Assembly (NCBI GenBank): GCA_002421665.1
Contig: DISH01000004.1
Coordinates: 23,174 to 87,173 of the forward strand
Source: Candidatus Omnitrophica bacterium UBA6215
GTDB lineage: Bacteria; Omnitrophota; Gorgyraeia; Pluralincolimonadales; Pluralincolimonadaceae
Direction: 5' to 3'
DNA length: 64,000 nt
Shown piece after piece: positions 9,540-19,391 of the stretch; positions within the stretch are counted from its first letter, which is position 1, and each line of letters begins with the position of its first letter. Position numbers and translations under genes: made by a program. The notes below the pieces were generated by a model that was not told where the DNA came from, ran no database searches, and saw only the letters and a program-made list of their open reading frames with translations.

Positions 9540-10726
9540 TACGGTGCAGGGCCGCGACGGCCTGCATTCTTTTGTCTTTGATATCTTTGCCGGGCGTATT
9601 ATTCGCAGGGGATTGGTCAGGCCTGCGGGATTCCCTTCGTGACGCAGGCGTAGATATCTCATTGAATTATACCACCGATATAAGCGGCAATCCTGCGGGC
9701 GGCCTTGACCGGACCGTCGTGTATTCAGGGTTCCTTTCCCTTTCGACCGTGCTGGACCTTGAAAAGATATTATCCATAGACGGGTTATCGCTTAAGATCG
9801 GCAACTATCTCGCGAGCGGTCGCGATATATCCGTTTCCATCGGTTCTTACTACAGCCCGCAGCAAGTCTATACATCCGGCGATTATTATTTCGGCGTGCT
9901 GGACCTTTCCAAGTCGATGTTCGACGATAAGCTGGACCTCGAGGCAGGACGCCTGTTTGCCGGGGATGTGTTCGCGGTCTCTCCGATGTTCCAGTATTAC
10001 CTCACAAGTGCCGTGGACGGAAGGCTGGCCGCCATACCGTCGGACATATTTTTTCCTCATTACCGTTCCACCGCCTGGGGCGCCAGGGCGACTTTCCGGC
10101 CGGAGACGGATTGGAGTTTTATTACCGGCATCTATAATGCCGATCCGAGCGTTGCGGACCCCGGGAAGAACGGTTTGGATTTCAGTTTCAGGACGGATAA
10201 AGGTTACCTTGCCGTGGGGCAGGTCAATTACAGGAAAGGGCAGGAAAAAGAAAGCCCCGAAGCCCCGGGAGGGATATCTTTCGGCGGATATTATGAATCA
10301 AGCAGTTTTGCGTACCTCTCGGACCCGGATGTCCGGGTCCGCGGCAATTACGGGTTTTATGCTACGGCGGATAAGATGATATACAGGGCGGATTTGCACA
10401 GAGGGCTGAGCGTATGGGGCGCAGGCATGTATGCTCCGCGGGATGAGATAAACCCGCAGACCTATCAGGCCGCCGCGGGCCTTATCTACCAGGGATTGCC
10501 GCCCGGCCGCAGCAATGATGTTACGGCTTTTTGTTTTGTCCTCGGCCATTTCAGCAATGATATGGAAGGACGCTCCGAAGAGATGATAATAGAACTCGAC
10601 CACAGGTTCCAGTTGACCCCGTGGTGTTATGTTACACCGGACTTGCAATATATCATAAAGCCGAACGGGATGGCCGACATAGACAATGCCCTGGTCCTGG
10701 GTTTCGAGGCAAGTTTTGATTTTTAA
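9536..10726 (+). CDS. OprB-family (carbohydrate-selective-like) outer-membrane porin
   Basis: GTG start overlapping the ansB stop. Signal peptide. C-terminal LQYIIKPNG...FEASFDF beta-barrel signature. Paralogous to 52593-53942. Confidence 0.65.
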   Translation: MIRCRAATACILLSLISLPGVLFAGDWSGLRDSLRDAGVDISLNYTTDISGNPAGGLDRTVVYSGFLSLSTVLDLEKILSIDGLSLKIGNYLASGRDISVSIGSYYSPQQVYTSGDYYFGVLDLSKSMFDDKLDLEAGRLFAGDVFAVSPMFQYYLTSAVDGRLAAIPSDIFFPHYRSTAWGARATFRPETDWSFITGIYNADPSVADPGKNGLDFSFRTDKGYLAVGQVNYRKGQEKESPEAPGGISFGGYYESSSFAYLSDPDVRVRGNYGFYATADKMIYRADLHRGLSVWGAGMYAPRDEINPQTYQAAAGLIYQGLPPGRSNDVTAFCFVLGHFSNDMEGRSEEMIIELDHRFQLTPWCYVTPDLQYIIKPNGMADIDNALVLGFEASFDF

Positions 10727-10739
10727 GCCGGTCCGGTAA

Positions 10740-12029
10740 TTATGTTTGTTCCATCGTGTGCACGTCGAAACTCAATCTCCGCAACTGCCTGGCAAACCCT
10801 GCCGTAAGACCGACTATCAATAACGTTACTATCCCTCCCGCGGCTACGCATGGGATGGTTCCTATCCATGCGGCTACCATACCGCTCTCGAAAGCCCCCA
10901 GTTCATTCGAGGCGTATATGAATATGCCGCTTGCCGAGGCGATACGTCCGCGCAATTCCTCCGGGGAGAGCAGCCTCAGGACGGAGCGCCTTATCACCAC
11001 GCTCACCCCGTCGAATACGCCGCTGAAGAACAACGCGGCCATCGAGAGCAGGAAATTCTTCGAAAAGGCGAATACGATTATCGATACCCCGAAGCCGGCT
11101 ATGGCCAGGAGCAGGTTACGCCCGGCTCGCCCTATCGGCGGATGCCGGGTGGCCATCAGGGTTATTATCAAGGCCCCTAAAGACGGAGCGGCGTTCAACA
11201 GGCCGAGCCCCCTGGCGCCGACATGCAATATGTCATTGGCGTATATCGGCAAAAGTATTATTGCCCCGCCGAAGAATACGGAGAAGAGGTCGAGTGCCAT
11301 GGATGCCCAGAGAGGTTGTGTCTTGAAAAGAAAACCCCACCCGACGGCAATGCCTTTTAATATAGGGTCTTTCCTTTGCGGAATGTGCTGGTGCTTTGGG
11401 GGTATCGCAAGAGTAAAGATCCATGAGAGTATGAATCCGGCGGTTATGATGATATAAGAACCCGGGGCGCCCCAGGCGGCGAATATAAAACCTATTGCCG
11501 CCGGCCCGATGACCGAGCAGCTTAACCATGTACTGCTTATCCATGAAGAGGCGTTAACGGTCAGGCGTTTCGGGACAACCTGTGCCTCGAAGGCGGTATT
11601 CGCGGGGTCCGCGAACCCGCGGGCAACTCCCGCCGCGAATATCATGGCATAGAGGCCGGGCAGCGAACGCACGCTTGCCTGCCAGGAGATCGCGGCAAGC
11701 AGTACCGTGCACACGCATGAGACCGCGCGGGTCACGAGTATGATCCTGCGCCGGTCAACATGGTCCGCGACGTAACCCCCGAAAGGAGCTATGGATATGG
11801 CTGGTATGGCCTCAACGAGACCGAGCCATCCGAGGGAAAGGGCGCTGTGCGTTATCTGGTATATCTGGAAACCTATCACTACCGCGAGGGCCCGGCTCGC
11901 GAGGGTGAAAAACCCTACGGAACCGATGAAGAGGCGTATATCGGCTACCTTGAGGGCATCCGTGAAATGATGTTGTTTATTATGGATGGACATTGCTAAT
12001 AAGATATACTTTCCGGAGGTATTTTGCAA
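10740..12029 (-). CDS. MFS transporter
   Basis: 429 aa, 12 TM. Divergent from the TetR gene. Confidence 0.75.
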   Translation of the reverse strand: MQNTSGKYILLAMSIHNKQHHFTDALKVADIRLFIGSVGFFTLASRALAVVIGFQIYQITHSALSLGWLGLVEAIPAISIAPFGGYVADHVDRRRIILVTRAVSCVCTVLLAAISWQASVRSLPGLYAMIFAAGVARGFADPANTAFEAQVVPKRLTVNASSWISSTWLSCSVIGPAAIGFIFAAWGAPGSYIIITAGFILSWIFTLAIPPKHQHIPQRKDPILKGIAVGWGFLFKTQPLWASMALDLFSVFFGGAIILLPIYANDILHVGARGLGLLNAAPSLGALIITLMATRHPPIGRAGRNLLLAIAGFGVSIIVFAFSKNFLLSMAALFFSGVFDGVSVVIRRSVLRLLSPEELRGRIASASGIFIYASNELGAFESGMVAAWIGTIPCVAAGGIVTLLIVGLTAGFARQLRRLSFDVHTMEQT

Positions 12030-12074
12030 GCGGTAACGCTTCCCCGGAGGCTTGCGGATAAAATAAATCAGGCC

Positions 12075-12117
12075 TTGACAAAAATATAAAGTATGCTATA
12101 ATTATGTAGTTAACTAC
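12075..12117 (+). promoter_or_regulatory. sigma70-like promoter (TTGACA-16-TATAAT) followed by perfect 12-bp palindrome GTAGTTAACTAC (candidate TetR operator)
   Basis: TTGACA at 12075-12080, TATAAT at 12097-12102, palindrome at 12106-12117. Located in the divergent MFS/TetR intergenic region. Confidence 0.5.
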
Positions 12118-12134
12118 AAAAAAGGCCGGTGATC

Positions 12135-12794
12135 ATGAGAGGAAAAGAATACCCGTTACGGGCGATCAAGCACGCGAAGACAAGGCTCGCGATAATGAGG
12201 GCGTTCATGGAACGGTTGAAAAGAGACCGTTTCGAAAGCATTTCCGTAGCGAAGGTCTGCGAAGACGCTGAAGTCGCACAGGGCACGTTCTTCAACTATT
12301 TCCCGGAAAAGATAGATGTCCTGGCTTATTACCTGCGGTTGACTATGGCGAAGATGATCTGGACCGCGGAAAGAAAGTCTGTCGCGGGCAAATACCTTGC
12401 GAAGATAGAGGCTGTCTTTTCCCAGGTATCCAAAGAGTGGGAGAACAGCAACCTTTCCTGCCAGATACTTTCCGTCCTGCTCGGGCAGACGGAAAGGCCC
12501 AAGTGGGTCGAGATATCCGGTGTGGAGAAGAGAATGGCTTTCCCCCGCTGCGAAGGCATAGAGGATACCGCCGATGAATGTTTTGGCGGATGGTTAAAGA
12601 AATGCATATCATCGGCGATAAAGAGCGGGGAATTGCCCCCGAAAGCCGATCAGTCGGATATCCTGGTATCATTGACGACGCTCATGTTCGGGACATTCCT
12701 GTCTGTCCGGTTCCATGGCTGCGGACGCCGCGACTATCATTATAAACGTCAACTCCATATTCTGTGGAATAGTATGGGAGTGAAAGGATCATAA
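12135..12794 (+). CDS. TetR/AcrR family transcriptional regulator
   Basis: N-terminal HTH (ISVAKVCEDAEVAQGTFFNYF). Alternative GTG start at 12129. Confidence 0.8.
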   Translation: MRGKEYPLRAIKHAKTRLAIMRAFMERLKRDRFESISVAKVCEDAEVAQGTFFNYFPEKIDVLAYYLRLTMAKMIWTAERKSVAGKYLAKIEAVFSQVSKEWENSNLSCQILSVLLGQTERPKWVEISGVEKRMAFPRCEGIEDTADECFGGWLKKCISSAIKSGELPPKADQSDILVSLTTLMFGTFLSVRFHGCGRRDYHYKRQLHILWNSMGVKGS

Positions 12795-12795
12795 A

Positions 12796-13962
12796 ATGAG
12801 TACCCGTTCCATGCAGTGCGGTTTTTTGAGCAGGAGTTACATGCTGGTGTTCGCGGCAGTCTTCCTGGTTTCGGGATGTGCCCGCAACGCCAATAAACAA
12901 GTCCAGCAGAAAGGCCCGGAGGTCAAGGTCGCTACCATAGAGACGGAGCGCGTTATCCTTACCAGCGAACTGCCGGGTCGCACTGCGGCATCCAGGGTAT
13001 CGGAGATAAGGCCGCAGGTAAGCGGGCTCATAATAAAACGCGCTTTTGAGGAAGGTTCTTTTGTCCACGAGGGGGACCTGCTTTACCAGATAGACCCTGT
13101 TCATTACAAGGCGGCTTATGACCAGGCCAAGGCTGCCGTTTCCATGGCCGAAGCGAACCTTCCGGCGGTGCGTTCTCGCGTAGACCGCTATAAGGAACTT
13201 GTCGCGAGCCATGCCATAGGCCAACAGGAATACGACGACGCGCTTGCCGCCTTAAGGCAGGCTGAGGCGCAGCTCGAGGTCAGCAAGGCGGCCCTGGAGA
13301 TAGCGGAGATCAAGCTTTCGTATACCCCTATCAAGGCGCCGATATCCGGCCGCATAGGCCGTTCAAACGTGACCGAAGGCAGTATGGTCGTTGAGTACCA
13401 GCAGATGCCGCTTGCTACCATACAGCAACTGGACCCCATATACGTGGATGTCACGCAGTCGACCGCGGAGATGCTCAAACTCCAGGGGCGCATGAAGGAG
13501 GGGACATTCAAGGTCGACAGTGACGGGCAGAGCAAAGTGAAGATAATAAAAGAGGACGGTTCCGTCTACCCTATAGAGGGGATGCTTGAGTTCCGCGACG
13601 TTTCCGTCAGCCCGACGACGGGTTCCGTTATCCTCAGGATAGTCGTTCCTAACCCTGACAGCATGCTGCTGCCTGGTATGTTCGTCAGGGCCATACTTAT
13701 CGAGGGTTATATAGATAAAGGCATACTCTTGACGCAGACCGCTGTCAGCCGCGACCAGAAGGGTCAGCCCTATGTGTGGCTGGTTGACGCTGATGGTAAA
13801 GCCGAGATGAGGATAGTAACGGTCGATCGCGCTATCGGGGACAAATGGCTTGTCTCGTCCGGGCTTTCATCCGGCGACCGCGTGATAATAGAGGGGATAC
13901 AGCGCGTACGTAACGGCGTCCCCGTCGTGATCGCTGCTCCAGAAGCGGCGAAAGCGCAATAA
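12796..13962 (+). CDS. RND efflux periplasmic adaptor (membrane fusion protein, AcrA/MexA-like)
   Basis: Lipoprotein-like N-terminus; coiled-coil and beta-barrel MFP architecture. Confidence 0.85.
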   Translation: MSTRSMQCGFLSRSYMLVFAAVFLVSGCARNANKQVQQKGPEVKVATIETERVILTSELPGRTAASRVSEIRPQVSGLIIKRAFEEGSFVHEGDLLYQIDPVHYKAAYDQAKAAVSMAEANLPAVRSRVDRYKELVASHAIGQQEYDDALAALRQAEAQLEVSKAALEIAEIKLSYTPIKAPISGRIGRSNVTEGSMVVEYQQMPLATIQQLDPIYVDVTQSTAEMLKLQGRMKEGTFKVDSDGQSKVKIIKEDGSVYPIEGMLEFRDVSVSPTTGSVILRIVVPNPDSMLLPGMFVRAILIEGYIDKGILLTQTAVSRDQKGQPYVWLVDADGKAEMRIVTVDRAIGDKWLVSSGLSSGDRVIIEGIQRVRNGVPVVIAAPEAAKAQ

Positions 13963-13974
13963 CGGGGGCATTAA

Positions 13975-16900
13975 ATGTTATCTAAATTTTTCCTGAAACG
14001 ACCGGTCTTTGCCTGGGTTATCGCGATAGTCATGATGGCCTTGGGCATACTGTCCATATATAACCTGCCGATATCCCAGTATCCGCCGATAGCGCCGCCT
14101 TCTATAGCGATCACGGCAAATTATCCGGGAGCGTCTGCCGAGACCGTCGAGAATAGCATAACCCAGATAGTAGAGCAGAAGATGACCGGTTTTGACGATC
14201 TGCTCTATATTTCCGGCACCAGTGATTCTTCCGGTTCGGCGCGCATTGAATTGACTTTCAAACCCGGTACCAACCCGGACTTGGCGTGGTCCAAGGTCCA
14301 GAACAAGCTCCAGCTTGCCATGCCCAGCCTTCCGGATGTCGTTCAGCGTTCTGGTGTAAAGGTAAGCAAGTCGACCAAGAACTACCTTATCCTGGTCGGA
14401 CTTGTCTCCGAGGACGGCAGTATGGACGGTAACGACCTCCAGGACTACGCGGCATCCAACCTCGAAAAAGTGCTCGCGCGTGTCCCGGGTGTCGGAGAAG
14501 TAGAGGCCTTCGGCTCGCAGTACGCGATGCGCCTGTGGCTGAATCCCGAAAGGCTTACGGATTATAACATGACGATAGAGGACGTTGCCGCCGCGCTCAA
14601 GACCTATAACGTCGAGGTTTCAGCCGGACAGTTCGGCGGCGCACCCGCTGTCGAGGGCCAGAGGTTAAACGTCTCGATCATTGTGCAGAACCTCCTTCAG
14701 ACCCCCGAGGAGTTCGCCGCTATACCGCTTCGCATCGATCCGGACGGTTCCATAGTCCGCGTAAAGGATATCGGCAGGGCCGAGCTCGGTACCGAGATAT
14801 ATGACATCAAGTCTTTTTATAACGGCAAACCCTCATGCGCGCTTGCCATAAGGCAGGCGCCGGGAGCCAATGCCCTGGATACGGCGAAGGCCATCAAGGA
14901 AAAGATAAAGGAACTCGAGAACTATTTCCCGAAGGGTATGAAGGTAGTCTATCCTTACGATACTACCCCGTTCATCGAGGTCTCCATACACGAGGTTACC
15001 AAGACTCTCTTCGAGGCGGTCATCCTCGTATTCCTTATAATGTGGCTGTTCCTGGGCAATATGCGGGCCACCCTTATACCGACCATAGCCGTCCCGGTCG
15101 TATTGCTGGGAACATTCGCGGTCCTTAGTTTCTTCGGATATTCCATAAATATGCTTACGATGTTCGCAATGGTCCTTGCCATCGGCCTGCTTGTCGATGA
15201 CGCCATCGTCGTTGTCGAGAACGTAGAACGTATCATGGGCGAGGAAGGTATCTCGCCGATGGAAGCGACAGCCAAGTCCATGGAACAGATAACCCCGGCG
15301 TTGATAGGTATAGGCCTGGTCTTGACCGCGGTCTTCGGGCCCATGGCGTTCTTCGGCGGATCCACGGGCGTCATATACCGCCAGTTCTCGGTGACTATTG
15401 CCGCCGCTATGTTACTTTCAGTGCTGGTTGCGTTGGTCCTTACCCCGGTGCTCTGTGCTTATATGCTAAAGCCCGTAGCCAAGGGGCATGAGGCTGCTGA
15501 GGAGACCACCAGGCTGGTCAAGCCTTTTATGCAAGGGTTCGACAGGGGTTTCTCACACTTCAGGAACGGTTATGAAAAACTCGTGAAGAATGCGCTGTCG
15601 AAGAAGAAGCGTTACCTGGCGGTCTTCCTTATTATAGTGGCCCTGATGGTGCTTCTTTATATGCGCATGCCGACGAGTTATCTGCCGGATGAGGACCAGG
15701 GCATACTTATGGCCCAGATCCTGCTTCCTACGGGTTCTACCCTTGAACAGACCCAGGCTGTTGCAGATGAGGTCCAGGATTATTTCAAGAAGAACGAGAA
15801 GGAGGCGGTCGAGTCATGCCTGACGATCACGGGTACGGGTTTTTCGGGCAGGGCGCAGAATAACGGAATGGTCTTCGTGAAACTCAAGGATTGGAAAGTG
15901 CGCAACAAGCCCGGTCTGAAGGTAAAAGCCGTTGCCGGCAGGATGATGGGGGCTTTCGCGAGGAATACCAAGGCTATCGTGTACGCCTTCCCGCCGCCTT
16001 CGGTTACCGAGCTCGGTAACGCCAGGGGTGTTGACTTCCAGCTGCTGGATCGCGGCGGTCTCGGCCACTCGGCTTTAATGGATGCGCGAAACCAGCTCCT
16101 GGGTATGGCGTCCAAGGACAACCGTTTGGCGAGCGTGCGTCCTAACGGCATGGAGGATGTTCCCGAATTTAGGGTTGATATAGATTGGGAGAAAGCCGGC
16201 GCGCTCGGCGTGCCGATAAGTTCGATCCATAACACGATATCGGCGGCCTACGGAAGTTCTTACGTGAATAATTTCATACAGTCCGGCCGCGTGAAAAAAG
16301 TCTTTGTGCAGGCGGACGCCCCGTACCGCAGCCAGCCGTTGGACCTGAACAAGCTTTATGTTCGCAACACCTCAGGGAAGATGGTGCCGTTCTCCTCGTT
16401 CGCGTCTACGCACTGGACATCAGGATCGCCTCGGTTGGAACGTTTTAACGGTTTTTCGTCAATGAATATCTGGGGCGAGCCCGCTGCAGGAAGGAGTTCC
16501 GGAGAGGCGATGAAGGCTATGGAGGATATCGTGGGGAAATTGCCGCAGGGGTTCGGTTATGACTGGACGGGGTTGTCATACCAGGAACGCCAGTCGGCCT
16601 CGCAGAGCGGCCCGTTGTACGCTTTCTCGATATTCGTCATCTTCCTGTGCCTGGCCGCCCTTTATGAGAGCTGGCCTATCCCGATAGCGATATTGCTTGT
16701 ATTGCCGCTCGGCGTAATAGGCGGTGTTATCGCCTCGACGATGCGGGGACTTTCAAACGACGTATATTTCCAGATCGGCCTGTTGACGACGCTCGGTCTT
16801 ACGACAAAGAACGCCATACTTATCGTCCAGTTCGCGAAAGCCGGGGTGGAGGAAGGGATGGGCCTGGTCGAAGCGGCCGTCGAAGGCACCAGGCTGCGTT

Positions 16901-17112
16901 TGAGGCCTATTATGATGACCTCGCTCGCGTTCGGTTTCGGCGTCCTGCCTTTGGCTATGGCCACCGGAGCGGGAGCGGGCGCCATGGTCGCTATAGGTAC
17001 CTCGGTCCTGGGAGGCATGGTTACCGGTACGCTGCTTGTAATACTTTTCGCGCCGCTTTTTTACGTTCTCATAGAGAAGACGATCGGCAAAAAGAAGGAT
17101 AAAAAGCCGTGA
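13975..17112 (+). CDS. RND multidrug efflux permease (AcrB/MexB family)
   Basis: 1045 aa, 12 TM with two large periplasmic loops; typical AcrB N-terminus MLSKFFLKRPVFAWVIAIVMM. Confidence 0.9.
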   Translation: MLSKFFLKRPVFAWVIAIVMMALGILSIYNLPISQYPPIAPPSIAITANYPGASAETVENSITQIVEQKMTGFDDLLYISGTSDSSGSARIELTFKPGTNPDLAWSKVQNKLQLAMPSLPDVVQRSGVKVSKSTKNYLILVGLVSEDGSMDGNDLQDYAASNLEKVLARVPGVGEVEAFGSQYAMRLWLNPERLTDYNMTIEDVAAALKTYNVEVSAGQFGGAPAVEGQRLNVSIIVQNLLQTPEEFAAIPLRIDPDGSIVRVKDIGRAELGTEIYDIKSFYNGKPSCALAIRQAPGANALDTAKAIKEKIKELENYFPKGMKVVYPYDTTPFIEVSIHEVTKTLFEAVILVFLIMWLFLGNMRATLIPTIAVPVVLLGTFAVLSFFGYSINMLTMFAMVLAIGLLVDDAIVVVENVERIMGEEGISPMEATAKSMEQITPALIGIGLVLTAVFGPMAFFGGSTGVIYRQFSVTIAAAMLLSVLVALVLTPVLCAYMLKPVAKGHEAAEETTRLVKPFMQGFDRGFSHFRNGYEKLVKNALSKKKRYLAVFLIIVALMVLLYMRMPTSYLPDEDQGILMAQILLPTGSTLEQTQAVADEVQDYFKKNEKEAVESCLTITGTGFSGRAQNNGMVFVKLKDWKVRNKPGLKVKAVAGRMMGAFARNTKAIVYAFPPPSVTELGNARGVDFQLLDRGGLGHSALMDARNQLLGMASKDNRLASVRPNGMEDVPEFRVDIDWEKAGALGVPISSIHNTISAAYGSSYVNNFIQSGRVKKVFVQADAPYRSQPLDLNKLYVRNTSGKMVPFSSFASTHWTSGSPRLERFNGFSSMNIWGEPAAGRSSGEAMKAMEDIVGKLPQGFGYDWTGLSYQERQSASQSGPLYAFSIFVIFLCLAALYESWPIPIAILLVLPLGVIGGVIASTMRGLSNDVYFQIGLLTTLGLTTKNAILIVQFAKAGVEEGMGLVEAAVEGTRLRLRPIMMTSLAFGFGVLPLAMATGAGAGAMVAIGTSVLGGMVTGTLLVILFAPLFYVLIEKTIGKKKDKKP

Positions 17113-18500
17113 AGATAAAATATTCGATATCTGTTATAGTGTTGTCCGTATTATTGGGCGGTTGTTCGCTTATACCGAAATATACCAGGCCCGAGACGAA
17201 GGTTCCGGCCGCGCTTCCGGCAGGGCCTGCCGGTTCGCAGGATGCCCTTTCCGCGCAAGACCTGAAATGGCAGGAGGTCTTCCCGGACGGAAAACTGCAA
17301 AAGATCATCGGCATTGCCCTCGAGAACAATATGGACCTTAGGATAGCCATATTGAATGTCGAAAGGGCCCGCGCCCTTTACGGCATACAGCAGGCCAGGC
17401 TTTATCCTGCCCTGACCGGTTCCGCTTCCGGGAGCACGCAGCATGTGCCCGCGGACCTTTCCTCGAGCGGCAGGGAAATGTCATATGACCAGTACAGCAT
17501 AAACCTGGGCATAGTATCGTGGGAGGTGGATCTTTTCGGGCGTATAAGGAGCCTCAAGGAACAGGCCTTGGAAGAATATCTTGGCAGCGAACAGGCGCGC
17601 CGCGCAGCACAGGTAGCCGTTATAGGCGAAGTTGCCCGGGCGTATTATGTCTTGGCTGCGGACCTCGAGAACCTGAAGTTGGCCCAGGCTACGCTCGAGA
17701 CCCAGAGGAGCGTATACGGTGTAATATACCAAAGGTTCGACAAGGGCCTTGCGACCGAACCCGACCTTCGCCGTTCGCAGACGCAGGTGGACACCGCGGT
17801 CAGGGATATAGCCCGTTATACCGAATTTGTGATGCAGGACAAGAACGCCTTGAACCTGATCGCCGGTTTTACGGTATCGGAGGATTTGCTCCCGTCCGAC
17901 TTGGAGTGCGTGAAACCTCCGAAAGAAATATCTCCGGGCTTGTCTTCCGGGGTACTTTTGCGCCGGCCCGATATTATGGAAGCCGAGCACAGGCTAAAGG
18001 CTTCTTACGCCAATATAGGCGCCGCGAGGGCGTCGTTCTTCCCTCAGATATCGCTTACGACACTCGCCGGAAGTGCGAGCAGCGATCTTTCGGGCCTTTT
18101 CAAGTCCGGGGCGGGCGCGTGGAGTTTTGCCCCCCAGGCGGCAATGCCTCTCTTTGACATGAGGGTGCAGGCGGCTTACAGGGTAAGCGAAGCCGATCGC
18201 GATATTGCCGTCGCGCAGTACCAAAAAACGATACAAACAGCCTTCAGGGAAGTCGCGGATACGCTGGCTGCCCGCAGTACAATAGACCAGCAGGTCTCCT
18301 CTCAGGAATCGATAGTCGAGTCCGAGCAGATCATATATGATCTTTCCAACAAAAGGTATGTCCAGGGCATTGACGATTACCTTAGCGTCCTTGACGCGCA
18401 GCGCTCACTTTATACGGCGCAGAAAGCGCTTACCGAGCTTCGTTATTCCAAGCTGGTAAGCCAGGTCAGGCTCTACACCGTGCTCGGCGGAGATCTGTGA
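17109..18500 (+). CDS. RND efflux outer-membrane factor lipoprotein (OprM/NodT family)
   Basis: Lipobox LLGGCS; start overlaps the RND stop; TolC-like repeats. Confidence 0.85.
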   Translation: MKIKYSISVIVLSVLLGGCSLIPKYTRPETKVPAALPAGPAGSQDALSAQDLKWQEVFPDGKLQKIIGIALENNMDLRIAILNVERARALYGIQQARLYPALTGSASGSTQHVPADLSSSGREMSYDQYSINLGIVSWEVDLFGRIRSLKEQALEEYLGSEQARRAAQVAVIGEVARAYYVLAADLENLKLAQATLETQRSVYGVIYQRFDKGLATEPDLRRSQTQVDTAVRDIARYTEFVMQDKNALNLIAGFTVSEDLLPSDLECVKPPKEISPGLSSGVLLRRPDIMEAEHRLKASYANIGAARASFFPQISLTTLAGSASSDLSGLFKSGAGAWSFAPQAAMPLFDMRVQAAYRVSEADRDIAVAQYQKTIQTAFREVADTLAARSTIDQQVSSQESIVESEQIIYDLSNKRYVQGIDDYLSVLDAQRSLYTAQKALTELRYSKLVSQVRLYTVLGGDL

Positions 18501-18576
18501 CAGGCGGATGGCGTTTCCGATGCTTGCGGGAATGTCCTGAAGAGCGTAACCTTCCGAAAGGCCGTAAAAATTTCAG

Positions 18577-18625
18577 TTGACATCTCCGGTTCCGGATGAT
18601 ATATAATTTATGAACAGATGTTCAT
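18577..18625 (+). promoter_or_regulatory. promoter (TTGACA ... TATAAT) with palindromic operator ATGAACA-N2-TGTTCAT upstream of the second tetR
   Basis: TTGACA 18577-18582; -10 near 18602-18607; palindrome 18610-18625. Confidence 0.5.
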
Positions 18626-18664
18626 TTATTAGATATCGTTTCGGAGGGTGATATAGAGATCGCA

Positions 18665-19270
18665 TTGAACAGGAAAGAGAGAGACAGGAGGCTGCGCAGG
18701 TCGGATATCTTCGTGGCTGCGGAGCATGTGTTCGCCCTCAAGGGCTACCGCGGGGCGACCATAAGAGACATTGCCAAGAAAGCCCAGTACGCGATAGGAA
18801 CGGTCTATCTGTATTTCAGGGACAAAGACGAGCTGTATATGTCGCTCTTCGCAGATAAGCTGCAGGATATGCTGTCTGTGGTCGAAAAAAAGATATTATC
18901 CGCGGAGGACGCGAGAAGTAAGTTCGAGCTGTTCGTGCGTGAATTTCTTGCATATTTCGAGGAGAACCAGAATTTCTTCCGTATGTATGTGATAGAGGCT
19001 GATAACATGATGGTTGCCGAGAAGAGCATAAGGAATACGCAGATAGGCCGGAAATTCGAGAAATATATGGAAGAGATAGTCGAACAGGCCCAGAAGGAAG
19101 GGACGATAAGCAGGGATTACGACGCGCAGCAGGTCATGGATATCTTTACTGCCATAATGAAAACCTTTGTCCTTAAATGGTTCAGGCAGAAAAAAAGGGG
19201 CAGGGGAAGCCTTACGGAGATGTCGGATATAATCTTAAAGTGTCTTTTAAATGGAGTATCCGCTAAATAA
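18665..19270 (+). CDS. TetR family transcriptional regulator
   Basis: TTG start. HTH region ATIRDIAKKAQYAIGTVYLYF. Confidence 0.75.
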   Translation: MNRKERDRRLRRSDIFVAAEHVFALKGYRGATIRDIAKKAQYAIGTVYLYFRDKDELYMSLFADKLQDMLSVVEKKILSAEDARSKFELFVREFLAYFEENQNFFRMYVIEADNMMVAEKSIRNTQIGRKFEKYMEEIVEQAQKEGTISRDYDAQQVMDIFTAIMKTFVLKWFRQKKRGRGSLTEMSDIILKCLLNGVSAK

Positions 19271-19302
19271 CAGCCTACCCGTCCGTATAGAAATTAAATA
19301 CC

Positions 19303-19353
19303 TTGACAAGACCACAAAGCAATGGTACATTCATTATAATGAACAAGTGTTCA
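19303..19353 (+). promoter_or_regulatory. promoter (TTGACA-17-TACATT) with second copy of operator ATGAACA-N2-TGTTCA upstream of the tolC-emrAB operon
   Basis: TTGACA 19303-19308; palindrome 19339-19353 nearly identical to the 18610-18625 site. Confidence 0.5.
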
Positions 19354-19391
19354 GAAATAGATATGTATGTTCACAAAAATAAAGTCCTTGA

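Noticed and set aside
18500-18570. Possible terminator after the RND/OMF operon
   Set aside because: Only a 4-bp stem (CCTT...AAGG) with a weak A/T tract was found. This is too weak to call.
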